Source: a virus. From it: a stretch of 60,220 nucleotides of DNA. Made by a program: the position numbers and the translations under genes. The notes under the pieces were generated by a model. That model saw only the letters and a program-made list of their open reading frames with translations, was not told where the DNA came from and ran no database searches. The stretch lies in IMG/VR virus record IMGVR_UViG_3300045988_066950. One strand, given 5' to 3'. Below are positions 38,426-46,996 of this stretch, one piece after another (position 1 is the stretch's first letter; the number at the start of each line of letters is the position of its first letter).

Positions 38426-39028
38426 TTACGATTTACGGATACGGAAGCAGACGGGCGCGGACAGCCACGTGCTGGAGGCATAGGTGCCGTGCGCATAGCC
38501 GGTGCTGTTCACACCGCAGAAGCCGGAGGAGCTGCCGGAGCGCTGAGAAGATGTCCAATAGGCAGTTGAATCACCGCCGTGTTCGTCCATCTTCATGCGA
38601 TGGCGGCGATCTTTGTACCAATCCATCTGCTTGTACAGCCCGTCGTCGCCGAGAACAGCATCCCCGCTGAACAGTTCAGACGCGGCGGGCAGAAATAAGC
38701 GCTCAAGGCGGCATACCTTTTTGCCGTCGATGGTGTGCTTGCGCTCAGTATCAACGATGGCCTCGCGCAGTTCATCGGGCATCAGATGATCGATGCGGTC
38801 AAGCCATTTTTCGACCTTGCCGTAGGTCATGTCGTCACCGAGGCAATCCACAGAATCAAAGCGGATGGCCTTATCGTCGATGTCAGTGACGGCGCACTCA
38901 ATGTGACGGCCATCCAGCAGGTCAAAGGCCAGTGCATCGCCAATATGCGGGTTGGAAGTGATTTCTTTCAGGGCAGTACCGATGTCAATATCGGTGCAGA
39001 CGGTTTTACGCAAAGTTGCAAAGCTCAT
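38426..39028 (-). CDS. DGR target protein 2 (small; VR-encoded C-terminus ...YWTSS...WLSAPVCFRIRKS)
   Basis: Start MSFATLRK. VR2 forms the 3' end. Located in the early/replication operon. Confidence 0.75.
   Translation of the reverse strand: MSFATLRKTVCTDIDIGTALKEITSNPHIGDALAFDLLDGRHIECAVTDIDDKAIRFDSVDCLGDDMTYGKVEKWLDRIDHLMPDELREAIVDTERKHTIDGKKVCRLERLFLPAASELFSGDAVLGDDGLYKQMDWYKDRRHRMKMDEHGGDSTAYWTSSQRSGSSSGFCGVNSTGYAHGTYASSTWLSAPVCFRIRKS
38442..38542 (-). repeat. DGR variable repeat VR2 (remote)
   Basis: Aligns to TR 56724-56824. By manual alignment all of about 16 mismatches fall at TR T (A on the coding strand). Confidence 0.85.
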
Positions 39029-39078
39029 TTGTAGGTTCCTTTCCTTTATGTACGGGCTTGTATTTCCTCTTGATTTCT

Positions 39079-39138
39079 GCCCCGGAGCCGGGGTTGAACC
39101 GACATCGCGCGCTTGCTCTACCATTGAGCTATCCGAGT
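39079..39138 (-). other. tRNA-like remnant lacking an anticodon arm
   Basis: Acceptor ACTCGGA/TCCGGGG, D arm GCTC-AATGGTA-GAGC, T arm GTCGG-TTCAACC-CCGGC. Only about 10 nt sit where the anticodon arm should be, and no CCA is encoded. Confidence 0.3.
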
Positions 39139-39271
39139 ACATGAGAGGAGGGGCCGTAGCCCCTCCCGGTATAGAAAGAGGTGGATGGTTATTTAATTAC
39201 CAGTACCCTGCCGAAAAGCGTGGTAGCTGGGTCGAACAGGGCGTCACGCACCCTGTGAGGGAGTGTTTCGA

Positions 39272-40012
39272 TTACATCGGATTCCCGGTAAGCGGATTCA
39301 CAGCGCCGCCAGTGGCATACGTCTGTGTAGCGCCGTTCCACGGTGCCGGGTTCGCGGCAGGCGCGGAGTAGGGCGGCTGGTACGCGGGCGCAGCCGGAGA
39401 GGCAGTCGGCGTAGGGATTGCCTGCGGCCAGCCCTGCTGCATGGGGGCGGCGGGGGCTACGGCGTTGCCGACACCGGCGAAATCAGATGCGGCAGAGGCA
39501 CCGCCAGACAGCGGCTCACCGTCACGGGTTTTCATTACGTTGCCCAGCCCACAGCCGACACCGCGCTTGCCAGCGGTGTTAAAGGGGTAGAAGCGAACAG
39601 TCACGCGGGCATACATGCCGCTGTAAATGTCCTGCGGGGCCAGTTCCACGTTGATGTTGTCCTGCCCGACGACCTGCGGCTTGTTTTTGGTGCTGGCGGT
39701 GATGACCCAGCAGCCGTGACATTCATCGCCGAACGGGATGCCGCTGGGGCGCACACCGTCGCCGTCGTGGATGATGGAATCCAGATTCGGCGGGATAATG
39801 CCGCCCCACAGCGTCCCCGCGCCGATCTGAGCCGCCGCCTGAATGGCACTGCGGAAGTCGGCGATAGTGGCGGTGTCGGTCTTAGGAATCAACAGCGTGG
39901 CGCTGTACTTGGCATCACCCACGCCGCCCTGCGGCTGACGGGGCTTGTCGAGACTGACATAGGACAGGCGAACTTCGCCGGTCAAACATCTCTGTGCATC
40001 GTTGTTATACAT
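39272..40012 (-). CDS. DUF2815-like single-stranded DNA-binding protein
   Basis: N-terminal RLSYVSLDKPR...YSATLLIPK pattern. Synteny with DUF2800 and PolA. Confidence 0.6.
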   Translation of the reverse strand: MYNNDAQRCLTGEVRLSYVSLDKPRQPQGGVGDAKYSATLLIPKTDTATIADFRSAIQAAAQIGAGTLWGGIIPPNLDSIIHDGDGVRPSGIPFGDECHGCWVITASTKNKPQVVGQDNINVELAPQDIYSGMYARVTVRFYPFNTAGKRGVGCGLGNVMKTRDGEPLSGGASAASDFAGVGNAVAPAAPMQQGWPQAIPTPTASPAAPAYQPPYSAPAANPAPWNGATQTYATGGAVNPLTGNPM

Positions 40013-40027
40013 GACACATTTCCTTTC

Positions 40028-40612
40028 TTATTCGGTTTCAGTTGTATTTTCTTCGTCGCTATCATCGAAATAGGCATCGGTGATTTCGGCAAATTCGGAG
40101 TAGCGGTGCATGGCATCGAGGATGTCGGTCTGAGCGCGGCAGATAGTAGCGCTGACATCGGCAAGCATTGCCGCACGGCGGGCAGTGTACGGGCGCATCC
40201 GTTTCGGAGAAACCATACGCGGGACAGAGTTCAAAATGTCCACGAGTTCGGCAGATACCAAAACGACGCGGGCCGGGGCCGCGATGCTTTCAGGAATGTC
40301 CGGGTCATTGGCGATACTGCGAATTTCATCAACGATGCTGATGTCACCGTCCGCATCCTCAGTATCATCGCAGGGTGTAGCCGTCTTGGCGTCCTCACAC
40401 CCATCGCGGTTTTCGCAATTCTTGCAGTCATCCTCGTCTTTGGCGAGAGATTCCAGCAGTTCTTTGACTTCGCCATCGGGTGCGCCGCCGACAGCGATAA
40501 TGTTCACGCCCTCAACCTCGCCGTTGCGGATAGCCTCGCGCAGTTTCGGGTCGTGCTCAGCGGCCAGTTTCAAGAGCATTTGGGCCAGAGGGCTGTTTTT
40601 CTCAACTTTCAT
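40028..40612 (-). CDS. hypothetical highly acidic protein
   Basis: 194 aa with Asp/Glu-rich segments. Confidence 0.4.
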   Translation of the reverse strand: MKVEKNSPLAQMLLKLAAEHDPKLREAIRNGEVEGVNIIAVGGAPDGEVKELLESLAKDEDDCKNCENRDGCEDAKTATPCDDTEDADGDISIVDEIRSIANDPDIPESIAAPARVVLVSAELVDILNSVPRMVSPKRMRPYTARRAAMLADVSATICRAQTDILDAMHRYSEFAEITDAYFDDSDEENTTETE

Positions 40613-41103
40613 TTCTGTACCTCCTCAGAATTGAAAACCCATTGTAATTTGGGGTGACATTTCAGCATCTCGATAAAGAAGTCCAGCCGTGTTTTGCGGT
40701 CATAGCTGAATTTCAAAGTATCGTAGGTGCGCTTTTTAAGAGCTTTTTTGCTTGCAAGTTGCTTTTTAGCATCCTGCAATTCGGTATTAGATAGCCGAGT
40801 GCCGACAGGATGCTTTTTAGTACGGATGACGGTTTGCAGATCTGACACCTCGGTAGAGATGTTCACATAGGCATTTGCCGCGTCTTTACGATCACGCTCG
40901 TACTTATCACGCTGCCGCTCCCAATAGGTCAGTAGCTTTTTGGCCTTATCCTCGCACTTTTCATCCTTAATGAATTGGGAGAGGATAGCGGGCATCTTAT
41001 TTTTGGGGCAGTCAACCAACAGTGGCAGATATAGCTCCATCTCAAACCAGCCATCGTCCCGATGGTGATAGCTGATTGTGATATGGTCGTAATCGTTAAA
41101 CAT
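40609..41103 (-). CDS. hypothetical protein (lower GC)
   Basis: 164-aa Lys-rich ORF. Confidence 0.4.
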   Translation of the reverse strand: MFNDYDHITISYHHRDDGWFEMELYLPLLVDCPKNKMPAILSQFIKDEKCEDKAKKLLTYWERQRDKYERDRKDAANAYVNISTEVSDLQTVIRTKKHPVGTRLSNTELQDAKKQLASKKALKKRTYDTLKFSYDRKTRLDFFIEMLKCHPKLQWVFNSEEVQK

Positions 41104-41106
41104 GGG

Positions 41107-42318
41107 TTAAACCCCTCCAAAATCAGCGGCGGCACTGTTGTACGGTTCGCGCTTGTCAGATTCGTCAACCAACGTCGGTTTGCCCATCGGGCGGTCAATC
41201 TGGTCAGCCAGCAGATCAGCAAACTTTTTCTTGCCGAGCCGCTTTTCCAGTTCGGACAGGGAAACGGGCTTGCGGTCATAGAGCATAGCCTCATCATACC
41301 CAGCCTTGATGAGCGTCTGGAACGCGGCATCGGTATCGCGGAACGCGCGAACGCTGCGGCCTGCAACGACTTTCCAGCCGGGAATTTCGCCGCCGTCGAG
41401 AATTGTCTGCTGTGCATAGGCTTTCAGATCGTCATACCAGCTCACCAAAAACTGGCCGCGCGTCAGCAGTTGACCGATTTCTTCATCGGTCAGCGCTTTT
41501 TGCAGGCCCATCGCGCGGCGCGTGATGTTGTCTTTCGGTTCATCGGCGGGGACGCGACCCATAGGTACACACGCGGCGAAATCTTCCAGCGCCGTGTTGA
41601 TGTTGGCACGGGCGCGGCATTTTGCCTTGCCCCGGCAGAACTTGCAGTGCTCGCCGGGAACAAATATGCCGGGGCCGTTGAACGCCTCCACAGCGAGGGG
41701 ATGGATTTCGGCGCCCCACGCCAACAGGTCATCCACGGTCATCTCATCCTCGGACGGGTCGGCGCTGATTCGGGGCTGGATAATGGTCATGCGCACCTTT
41801 TTGATGGTGTCACCGTACAAGGGCCGGTACCTTGCAAGGGCACCGAGGGCGTAAAGCCGCATCTGCGGATTGCCCACGGCATCCACACGGACACCCTTGC
41901 CGTGTTTGTAATCAAAAATGTTCAGCGTGTCATCGCCGATCATCACGCAATCACAAGTACCGAAACCATCCGGCACGACATCAGAAAAGTCCACCTGCTG
42001 CTCCGTCATAATCGCCGGAGGATTGGTGTAGCCCAGCGCCTTTTCCATAATCCAGTCGCAGTAAACCTTGGCACAGGTCAACATTTCGGGCTGATAGAGC
42101 TTGTTCCGCTGCAGAGGGCGCAGCTCCTCAGCCATCGCGTCCACATCGCCGCGAGTTTTGACGAACAGTTCACAAATGCTATGCGCCAGTGTACCCTCCT
42201 CGGCATAGACGCTCGTACTGACCGGGAATTGCGCCTCAAACGTGGGCGACGCGGTACAGACCAGATAGCGGTGCGCATTGGACGCGCCGCACTTGGCATG
42301 AATCTCAGGGCTTGCCAT
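41107..42318 (-). CDS. DUF2800-like PD-(D/E)XK (Cas4-like) nuclease
   Basis: Start MASPEIHAKCGASNAHRYLVC. Contains CDCVMIGDDTLNIFDYKHGKG and C-terminal Cys residues. Confidence 0.65.
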   Translation of the reverse strand: MASPEIHAKCGASNAHRYLVCTASPTFEAQFPVSTSVYAEEGTLAHSICELFVKTRGDVDAMAEELRPLQRNKLYQPEMLTCAKVYCDWIMEKALGYTNPPAIMTEQQVDFSDVVPDGFGTCDCVMIGDDTLNIFDYKHGKGVRVDAVGNPQMRLYALGALARYRPLYGDTIKKVRMTIIQPRISADPSEDEMTVDDLLAWGAEIHPLAVEAFNGPGIFVPGEHCKFCRGKAKCRARANINTALEDFAACVPMGRVPADEPKDNITRRAMGLQKALTDEEIGQLLTRGQFLVSWYDDLKAYAQQTILDGGEIPGWKVVAGRSVRAFRDTDAAFQTLIKAGYDEAMLYDRKPVSLSELEKRLGKKKFADLLADQIDRPMGKPTLVDESDKREPYNSAAADFGGV

Positions 42319-42478
42319 TTGCTTTCTCCTTTTCTTGCTGTTGATAAAAAGCGTGAAGAACACTTTTCGCCGCGAGAATCCCATCCATATACCCCTCGGC
42401 GCGTTTTCCGCGGTGTGGGTTGTTCTGGGCCTTACGAGTTAGCAACGCCTGCATGGCGTCATATTCCCACGCCGTCAT
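42305..42478 (-). CDS. small hypothetical protein
   Basis: 57 aa from MTAWEYDAM. Confidence 0.35.
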   Translation of the reverse strand: MTAWEYDAMQALLTRKAQNNPHRGKRAEGYMDGILAAKSVLHAFYQQQEKEKANGKP

Positions 42479-42488
42479 CTCAGCACCC

Positions 42489-43112
42489 TTAAAACTTTGC
42501 GCCGAGGGCGGCGAGATCAGCAGCCACATTGGGCAGAAACTCCTTAGGAATCTGCGTGACGGCCTGAACGCCGTATTTTGCGAGGATGCCCTGCAACTGC
42601 ATAGCAAATGCGGGGTTGCTGTTCATCAGCGGCATAGCGGCGTTGATGATCTGCTCAAGGGTGACGCTACTCTGCTGAGGCTGTGCCGGAGCGACGGGAG
42701 CGGGAGCAGGTGCAGCGGTAGGCTGAGGGATGAACTGCTGGGCCACAGGAGCAGCAGGCGGGGTCATCACGGGAGTAGCCGTTGCAACGGGCTGGGGCAT
42801 CATAGGCGCGGCTACGGGGGCGGCAGGAGCAGGCTGCTGTGCCGGGGCAGCGACGGGGGTCTGCACGGGTGCGGGCTGAGGCATGGCCACAGGCGGCTGT
42901 TCAACGGGGGTCGGGGGAGTGACAGGCTCAGACGGGGCAGGAGCAGAAGCCGCAGGTGCGTCCGGGGCAGTTTTGGCAGCAGCTTTCTTGCTGCGGGAGT
43001 TTTTTGCCGGAGCGGCGGGGACGTCAGTGCCCTTGCTTTCGATGGCCTCGGCCAGATGGTTGATGGCGGCGCTCAGTTCGGGAGCGTCAACGGTTACTTT
43101 CAGTTCGATCAT
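42489..43112 (-). CDS. Pro/Ala-rich hypothetical protein
   Basis: 207 aa with a low-complexity PA-rich centre. Confidence 0.45.
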   Translation of the reverse strand: MIELKVTVDAPELSAAINHLAEAIESKGTDVPAAPAKNSRSKKAAAKTAPDAPAASAPAPSEPVTPPTPVEQPPVAMPQPAPVQTPVAAPAQQPAPAAPVAAPMMPQPVATATPVMTPPAAPVAQQFIPQPTAAPAPAPVAPAQPQQSSVTLEQIINAAMPLMNSNPAFAMQLQGILAKYGVQAVTQIPKEFLPNVAADLAALGAKF

Positions 43113-43131
43113 GGTGTGTTACCTCCAAAAT

Positions 43132-43359
43132 TTATTTGACGTGGGCATCGGTGCCCTTGTCGTAATTGAAAACGGGGAGAATGGTAGCGTCGATGATGGC
43201 GGCGACAATCAGGAGCGCCCACGACGCGCTGAACATCAATGGGTTGATGGGGAAATCAAAGCAGATACGGAGAAGCGGGTCAAACATGGCGTAGTACATA
43301 GCGACCTGAATCACGAAGAAAAGCGATATGCGCCCCGCGAGGTTCACAATCTTATACAT
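43132..43359 (-). CDS. small membrane protein
   Basis: 75 aa from MYKIVNL with two hydrophobic helices. Confidence 0.4.
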   Translation of the reverse strand: MYKIVNLAGRISLFFVIQVAMYYAMFDPLLRICFDFPINPLMFSASWALLIVAAIIDATILPVFNYDKGTDAHVK

Positions 43360-43510
43360 GAGCAGACTCCCTCTTTGCTTTCCATGCGTTGTACCGGGCG
43401 AGGTTGTCAGAATTTTCGTAGAACGCCTTGCAGGCCGTAAAGAGCGTGTCGCCCAGAACTCGCTTTTCTTTATCTGGAATCCTATCGAAGTCGATTGTGA
43501 TGCTTTCCAT
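43352..43510 (-). CDS. small hypothetical protein (52 aa; below the ORF-track cutoff)
   Basis: MESITIDFDRIPDKEKRVLGDTLFTACKAFYENSDNLARYNAWKAKRESAHV. RBS GAGAGGTG. Confidence 0.4.
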   Translation of the reverse strand: MESITIDFDRIPDKEKRVLGDTLFTACKAFYENSDNLARYNAWKAKRESAHV

Positions 43511-43532
43511 GCTGCACCTCTCATTCCAAAGA

Positions 43533-43547
43533 GTGATAAATAATCAC
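43533..43547. promoter_or_regulatory. operator-like palindrome GTGATAAATAATCAC (third copy)
   Basis: Reverse complement of the 43782-43796 site. Overlaps the cro-like stop codon. Confidence 0.5.
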
Positions 43548-43753
43548 CCTTTTGCAAAAAAAATATCTTCTCGTTCCTGCGCGGACAGAGACAGCTCGTC
43601 GGTCAGGGTGCGAATCTCGCTTGCCTTGAACTCGCTAATGCCGTTCAGCTTGTTATAAAGCCCCTGCTCCGATATGCCGAGCTTTTTTGCAAGATCACGC
43701 TTTGAAATTTGCGAACGGGTGATTACCATTTCAAGAAGTAAACCGTTGAACAT
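43544..43753 (-). CDS. Cro-like XRE-family HTH regulator
   Basis: 69-aa HTH (RDLAKKLGISEQGLYNKLNG), divergent from the CI-like gene. Confidence 0.75.
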   Translation of the reverse strand: MFNGLLLEMVITRSQISKRDLAKKLGISEQGLYNKLNGISEFKASEIRTLTDELSLSAQEREDIFFAKG

Positions 43754-43781
43754 TTTATCAAACCTCCTCTCTACTCGGGAT

Positions 43782-43889
43782 GTGATTATTTATCACTACA
43801 CGCATCATAACACTAGGGTGATTATTTGTCAACATCTTTTTTTAAAAAAGTAAAAAAAACTTGATTTTTAGTCACTTATGTAGTAAGAT
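43782..43889. promoter_or_regulatory. genetic-switch region with divergent promoters and two operators
   Basis: Leftward promoter: TTGACA (43827-43832 rc)-N17-TATGAT (43804-43809 rc). Rightward promoter: TTGATT (43861-43866)-N17-TAAGAT (43884-43889). Operators: GTGATTATTTATCAC (43782-43796) and GTGATTATTTGTCAA (43818-43832). Confidence 0.65.
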
Positions 43890-43934
43890 ATTATATAAAG
43901 AAAACTTTATACATTACGCTATATGGAGGTTTTT

Positions 43935-44732
43935 ATGGATTCCATAGGTGATAGAATTAGGTTGTGCAGGAAGCGTCTCGGCATTTCGCAGGCTGAACTT
44001 GCTGAAACAGTCGGATATGGAACGCGCTCAACCATTGCAAAGATTGAAGCGGGCAAAATTGACCCCTATCACAGTAAAATAGTTGCACTTGCCCATGCAT
44101 TAAAAACCACGCCAGAGTATTTAATCGGGTGGACGACAGATGATTATAATTGGGATGATGACCCAGATAATCGGCTTGACACTATTCCTAATGCGATCCT
44201 TAATGAATTGACGGAAAAACATCATGGTAACAGTCGCCTCGTGTGGGAGGATTGGCAGGCGATGGAGCGCGACGCGGCACATGAGGCCACAAAAGGCAAA
44301 GCCGTCCCTAAAGGGTTCATCCCGTTACCCGATACAAAGGCCATTCCCGTGATTGGTAATATTGCCTGCGGCACTCCGATTCTGGCACAAGAAAACATAG
44401 AACGATATATAGGTGTATCTTCGCTATGGAAAGCCGACTTTGCTTTAGTATGCAAGGGTGATTCGATGTCCCCGACAATTCAAGACGGCGATTTGGTCTG
44501 CATCCGCTCTCAGCCTAACGTCGAAAACGGGCAGATAGCGGCGGTGCTGATTGACGATGAAGCAACGCTTAAACATTTTTACCGGCATGATGACACTGTG
44601 ATTTTACAGCCAGAAAACCCTCGGTTTACGCCGATGACCTACACGAAAGAAGAAATAAACGATTTGCGCATCGAAGGTGTGGCTGTAGGTATCTGTCGGG
44701 GCTTGCCAGACTATGGCCCGGAGGGGATTTAA
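43935..44732 (+). CDS. CI/LexA-like repressor (XRE HTH plus S24 peptidase)
   Basis: N-terminal HTH. C-terminal GDSMSPTI Ser nucleophile and a downstream Lys (ATLKHF). GGAGG RBS before the second ATG. Confidence 0.85.
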   Translation: MDSIGDRIRLCRKRLGISQAELAETVGYGTRSTIAKIEAGKIDPYHSKIVALAHALKTTPEYLIGWTTDDYNWDDDPDNRLDTIPNAILNELTEKHHGNSRLVWEDWQAMERDAAHEATKGKAVPKGFIPLPDTKAIPVIGNIACGTPILAQENIERYIGVSSLWKADFALVCKGDSMSPTIQDGDLVCIRSQPNVENGQIAAVLIDDEATLKHFYRHDDTVILQPENPRFTPMTYTKEEINDLRIEGVAVGICRGLPDYGPEGI

Positions 44733-44733
44733 C

Positions 44734-45177
44734 ATGATGGCTTTTATTACATTGATTTTGACAATCGGTCTGTATATGCTTTTAGGATTTGCGGCACTCA
44801 TCATCGCATTTGTCATTGCGTTGCTGTGCGCTCTCGGCTATCACGCGCAAAAGAATAAGGTCAAACAGACCCAGCCATCAAAGAGGGTCTGCCCAATGTG
44901 CAGCAGCCCCAAGGTGCGGTTTAAGCATGTAGTGAACGGTACGACGTCGACAGGCGGCGCAACGACCGTCTCGGGCATTAGTCTCGCATCTGGTGATACA
45001 AAGATTCATCGCCGTAACATCGCGTACTGCGAGAATTGCGGATACAGCTTTGACTTTACCACGCAGGATGACCTCAATGCCCAATATAATAAACTGAACA
45101 CAAACGAGGGATGCGCCATTTTGGTGGCGGTCATTCTCGGCGTTATTCTTATAACAATTTGGTTTTACAGCCATTAA
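44734..45177 (+). CDS. membrane protein with an internal zinc ribbon (candidate superinfection-exclusion factor)
   Basis: TM helices at both ends. Contains CPMCSS...CENCG. Lies between the repressor and the integrase. Confidence 0.4.
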   Translation: MMAFITLILTIGLYMLLGFAALIIAFVIALLCALGYHAQKNKVKQTQPSKRVCPMCSSPKVRFKHVVNGTTSTGGATTVSGISLASGDTKIHRRNIAYCENCGYSFDFTTQDDLNAQYNKLNTNEGCAILVAVILGVILITIWFYSH

Positions 45178-45220
45178 ACGCAAATTTGAGGCCGTTTTCG
45201 TTAAATAAGGGGGTGATAGT

Positions 45221-46810
45221 TTGAGTTCAGTTGATAAAATCGCCGTCGTTTACGCGCGGTATTCGTCCCACGGTCAGACCGAGCAATCTATCGAGGGGCA
45301 GATTGCCGCAGCGCAGAAGTATGCAGAACAGCATGGCTACACAATCATCCATATCTATGCCGATCGGGCAATGACCGGGCGCAACGATGACCGAGAAGAA
45401 TTTCAAAGGATGCTGTCCGATACCGCAACGCATCAATTCGGGGTTATCCTATTGTGGAAAATTGACCGATTTGGTCGTAACCGCGAAGAAATCGCCTTTA
45501 ACCGTTACCGCTGTAAAAAGAATGGGGTCAGGGTGGAGCGCGTTGCAGAGGATGTGCCAGACGGCCCAGAGGGCGTTATTCTGGATTCCGTGCTTGAGGG
45601 CATGGCAGAATACTACTCGCTTCAACTGGCGCAGAATGTGCGCCGGGGCCAGCGCGAGAGTGCCAAGAAATCCCAAACCGTGGGCGGCTGCAAGATTATC
45701 GGGTACAATGTCAATCCCGACACAAAACGATATGAGGTTGACCCCAAAACCGCCCCGTTTGTGACAGAGGTTTTCAAGCGGTACGCCAACGGCGAAACCA
45801 TCTCGGAAATCGTTGCATGGCTCAACGCGCAGGGGGTCAGAACGACGCGCGGCGGCGAGTTCACCGTCAACAGCCTGCACCGCTTGCTGAAAAATGAGAA
45901 GTACACCGGCGTGTACATCTTCCACGACATCCGCAATGAGGGCGGTATGCCTGCACTGATCGACCACGCCACATTCGACAAAGTGCAGGAAATGCTCAAG
46001 GTAAACCGCCGCGCCCCGGCGCGGGTATGGTCTAAGACTGAGTATCTGCTGACCGATAAGCTGTTCTGCGGCCACTGTGGCGCGATGATGGTAGGGGAGA
46101 GCGGCCACGGGCGCAACGGCACAAAGCACAACTACTATACCTGCTGGAATCGAAAAAAGAAAAAGAGCTGTGACAAAAAGCCGGTGCGGCAAGATGTCAT
46201 TGAGTCACTGGTGCTGAGGTCAATCGGCAAACTGCTAGAAAATCCGGCTACACTGGAAAACATCGCCGATCAGGTATGGGCTGCCTATGAGCGTAGCGAT
46301 ACATCCGGCGATACCATCAAGGCACTGGATAAGCAAATAGCCGATGTGAATAAGGCGCTCTCCAATGTGATGAAAGCCATCGAAATGGGCATCATCAATG
46401 AGATGACGAAAACCCGCATGGATGAACTGACAGACCAAAAACAAGCCCTCAGTGCAGCCCGCGCTGAGGCGGGACTGGCTGAGGGCTTTAAGCTCACACG
46501 GGATATGATTCTGTTTTTCCTACAAGAGATAGCCGCGCTGGATATGGCAGACCGTGATAGCCAAAAGCGGCTGATTAAGACATTTGTCAACGCCATCTAT
46601 TTGTACGACGATCACTTTGACATTGCATTTAATTATACCGATAATGGTAAGGTGGTCGTGCGGATGCAAGAAATCAACGATGCTGCGTGTGGTGAAGTGT
46701 TCGGACGCTGTGCGCAAAGTCCTGCCATTGTACAGACATCCGAACCGCTGATAACGATAGTTGTTAGCTGTTCGGTGTTTGTTTTTTCAGTAAAAATGCC
46801 GGAGGCGTAA
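45221..46810 (+). CDS. int: large serine recombinase (integrase)
   Basis: VVYARYSSHGQ catalytic Ser region, a recombinase domain, and Cys clusters (CGHCG...YYTC). Confidence 0.9.
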   Translation: MSSVDKIAVVYARYSSHGQTEQSIEGQIAAAQKYAEQHGYTIIHIYADRAMTGRNDDREEFQRMLSDTATHQFGVILLWKIDRFGRNREEIAFNRYRCKKNGVRVERVAEDVPDGPEGVILDSVLEGMAEYYSLQLAQNVRRGQRESAKKSQTVGGCKIIGYNVNPDTKRYEVDPKTAPFVTEVFKRYANGETISEIVAWLNAQGVRTTRGGEFTVNSLHRLLKNEKYTGVYIFHDIRNEGGMPALIDHATFDKVQEMLKVNRRAPARVWSKTEYLLTDKLFCGHCGAMMVGESGHGRNGTKHNYYTCWNRKKKKSCDKKPVRQDVIESLVLRSIGKLLENPATLENIADQVWAAYERSDTSGDTIKALDKQIADVNKALSNVMKAIEMGIINEMTKTRMDELTDQKQALSAARAEAGLAEGFKLTRDMILFFLQEIAALDMADRDSQKRLIKTFVNAIYLYDDHFDIAFNYTDNGKVVVRMQEINDAACGEVFGRCAQSPAIVQTSEPLITIVVSCSVFVFSVKMPEA

Positions 46811-46833
46811 TGCCTCCGGCTTTTCTTATTTTT
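46798..46833 (+). terminator. intrinsic terminator after int
   Basis: GCCGGAGGC-gtaat-GCCTCCGGC followed by TTTTCTTATTTTT. Confidence 0.8.
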
Positions 46834-46867
46834 CCACCTTTAGTCATACCAGCAAGGACAATAGGCT

Positions 46868-46948
46868 GTACCGCTAAAGCGGTACAAAAATGCATGGCAA
46901 AGTTTGTGCAGCTTGCCTATTGAAAGTGTACCGCTAAAGCGGTACAAT
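46868..46948 (+). promoter_or_regulatory. two copies of the palindrome GTACCGC-TAAA-GCGGTAC plus promoter TTGAAA-N17-TACAAT
   Basis: Palindromes at 46868-46885 and 46928-46945. The second fills the spacer between -35 (46920-46925) and -10 (46943-46948). Confidence 0.65.
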
Positions 46949-46996
46949 ATAATCGCCGAAAGGCAAACAAGCCACACGAAAAAGGAGAACAGGATC

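Noticed and set aside
38426-39142. Full-length ORF-track versions of several genes with N-terminal extensions, e.g. 38426..39142, 23209..23631, 21834..23327, 49165..49779, 13434..14183, 11579..12169 and 2035..3240.
   Set aside because: The extensions overlap upstream genes or RNA-like sequence and lack an RBS. Internal ATGs with Shine-Dalgarno motifs or stop-start coupling give the shorter coordinates used in the feature list.
46811-46996. attP core for the serine integrase.
   Set aside because: The only conspicuous dyads here are the two identical palindromes, which are better explained as operators of the adjacent promoter. I cannot identify attP without the host attB or a prophage junction.
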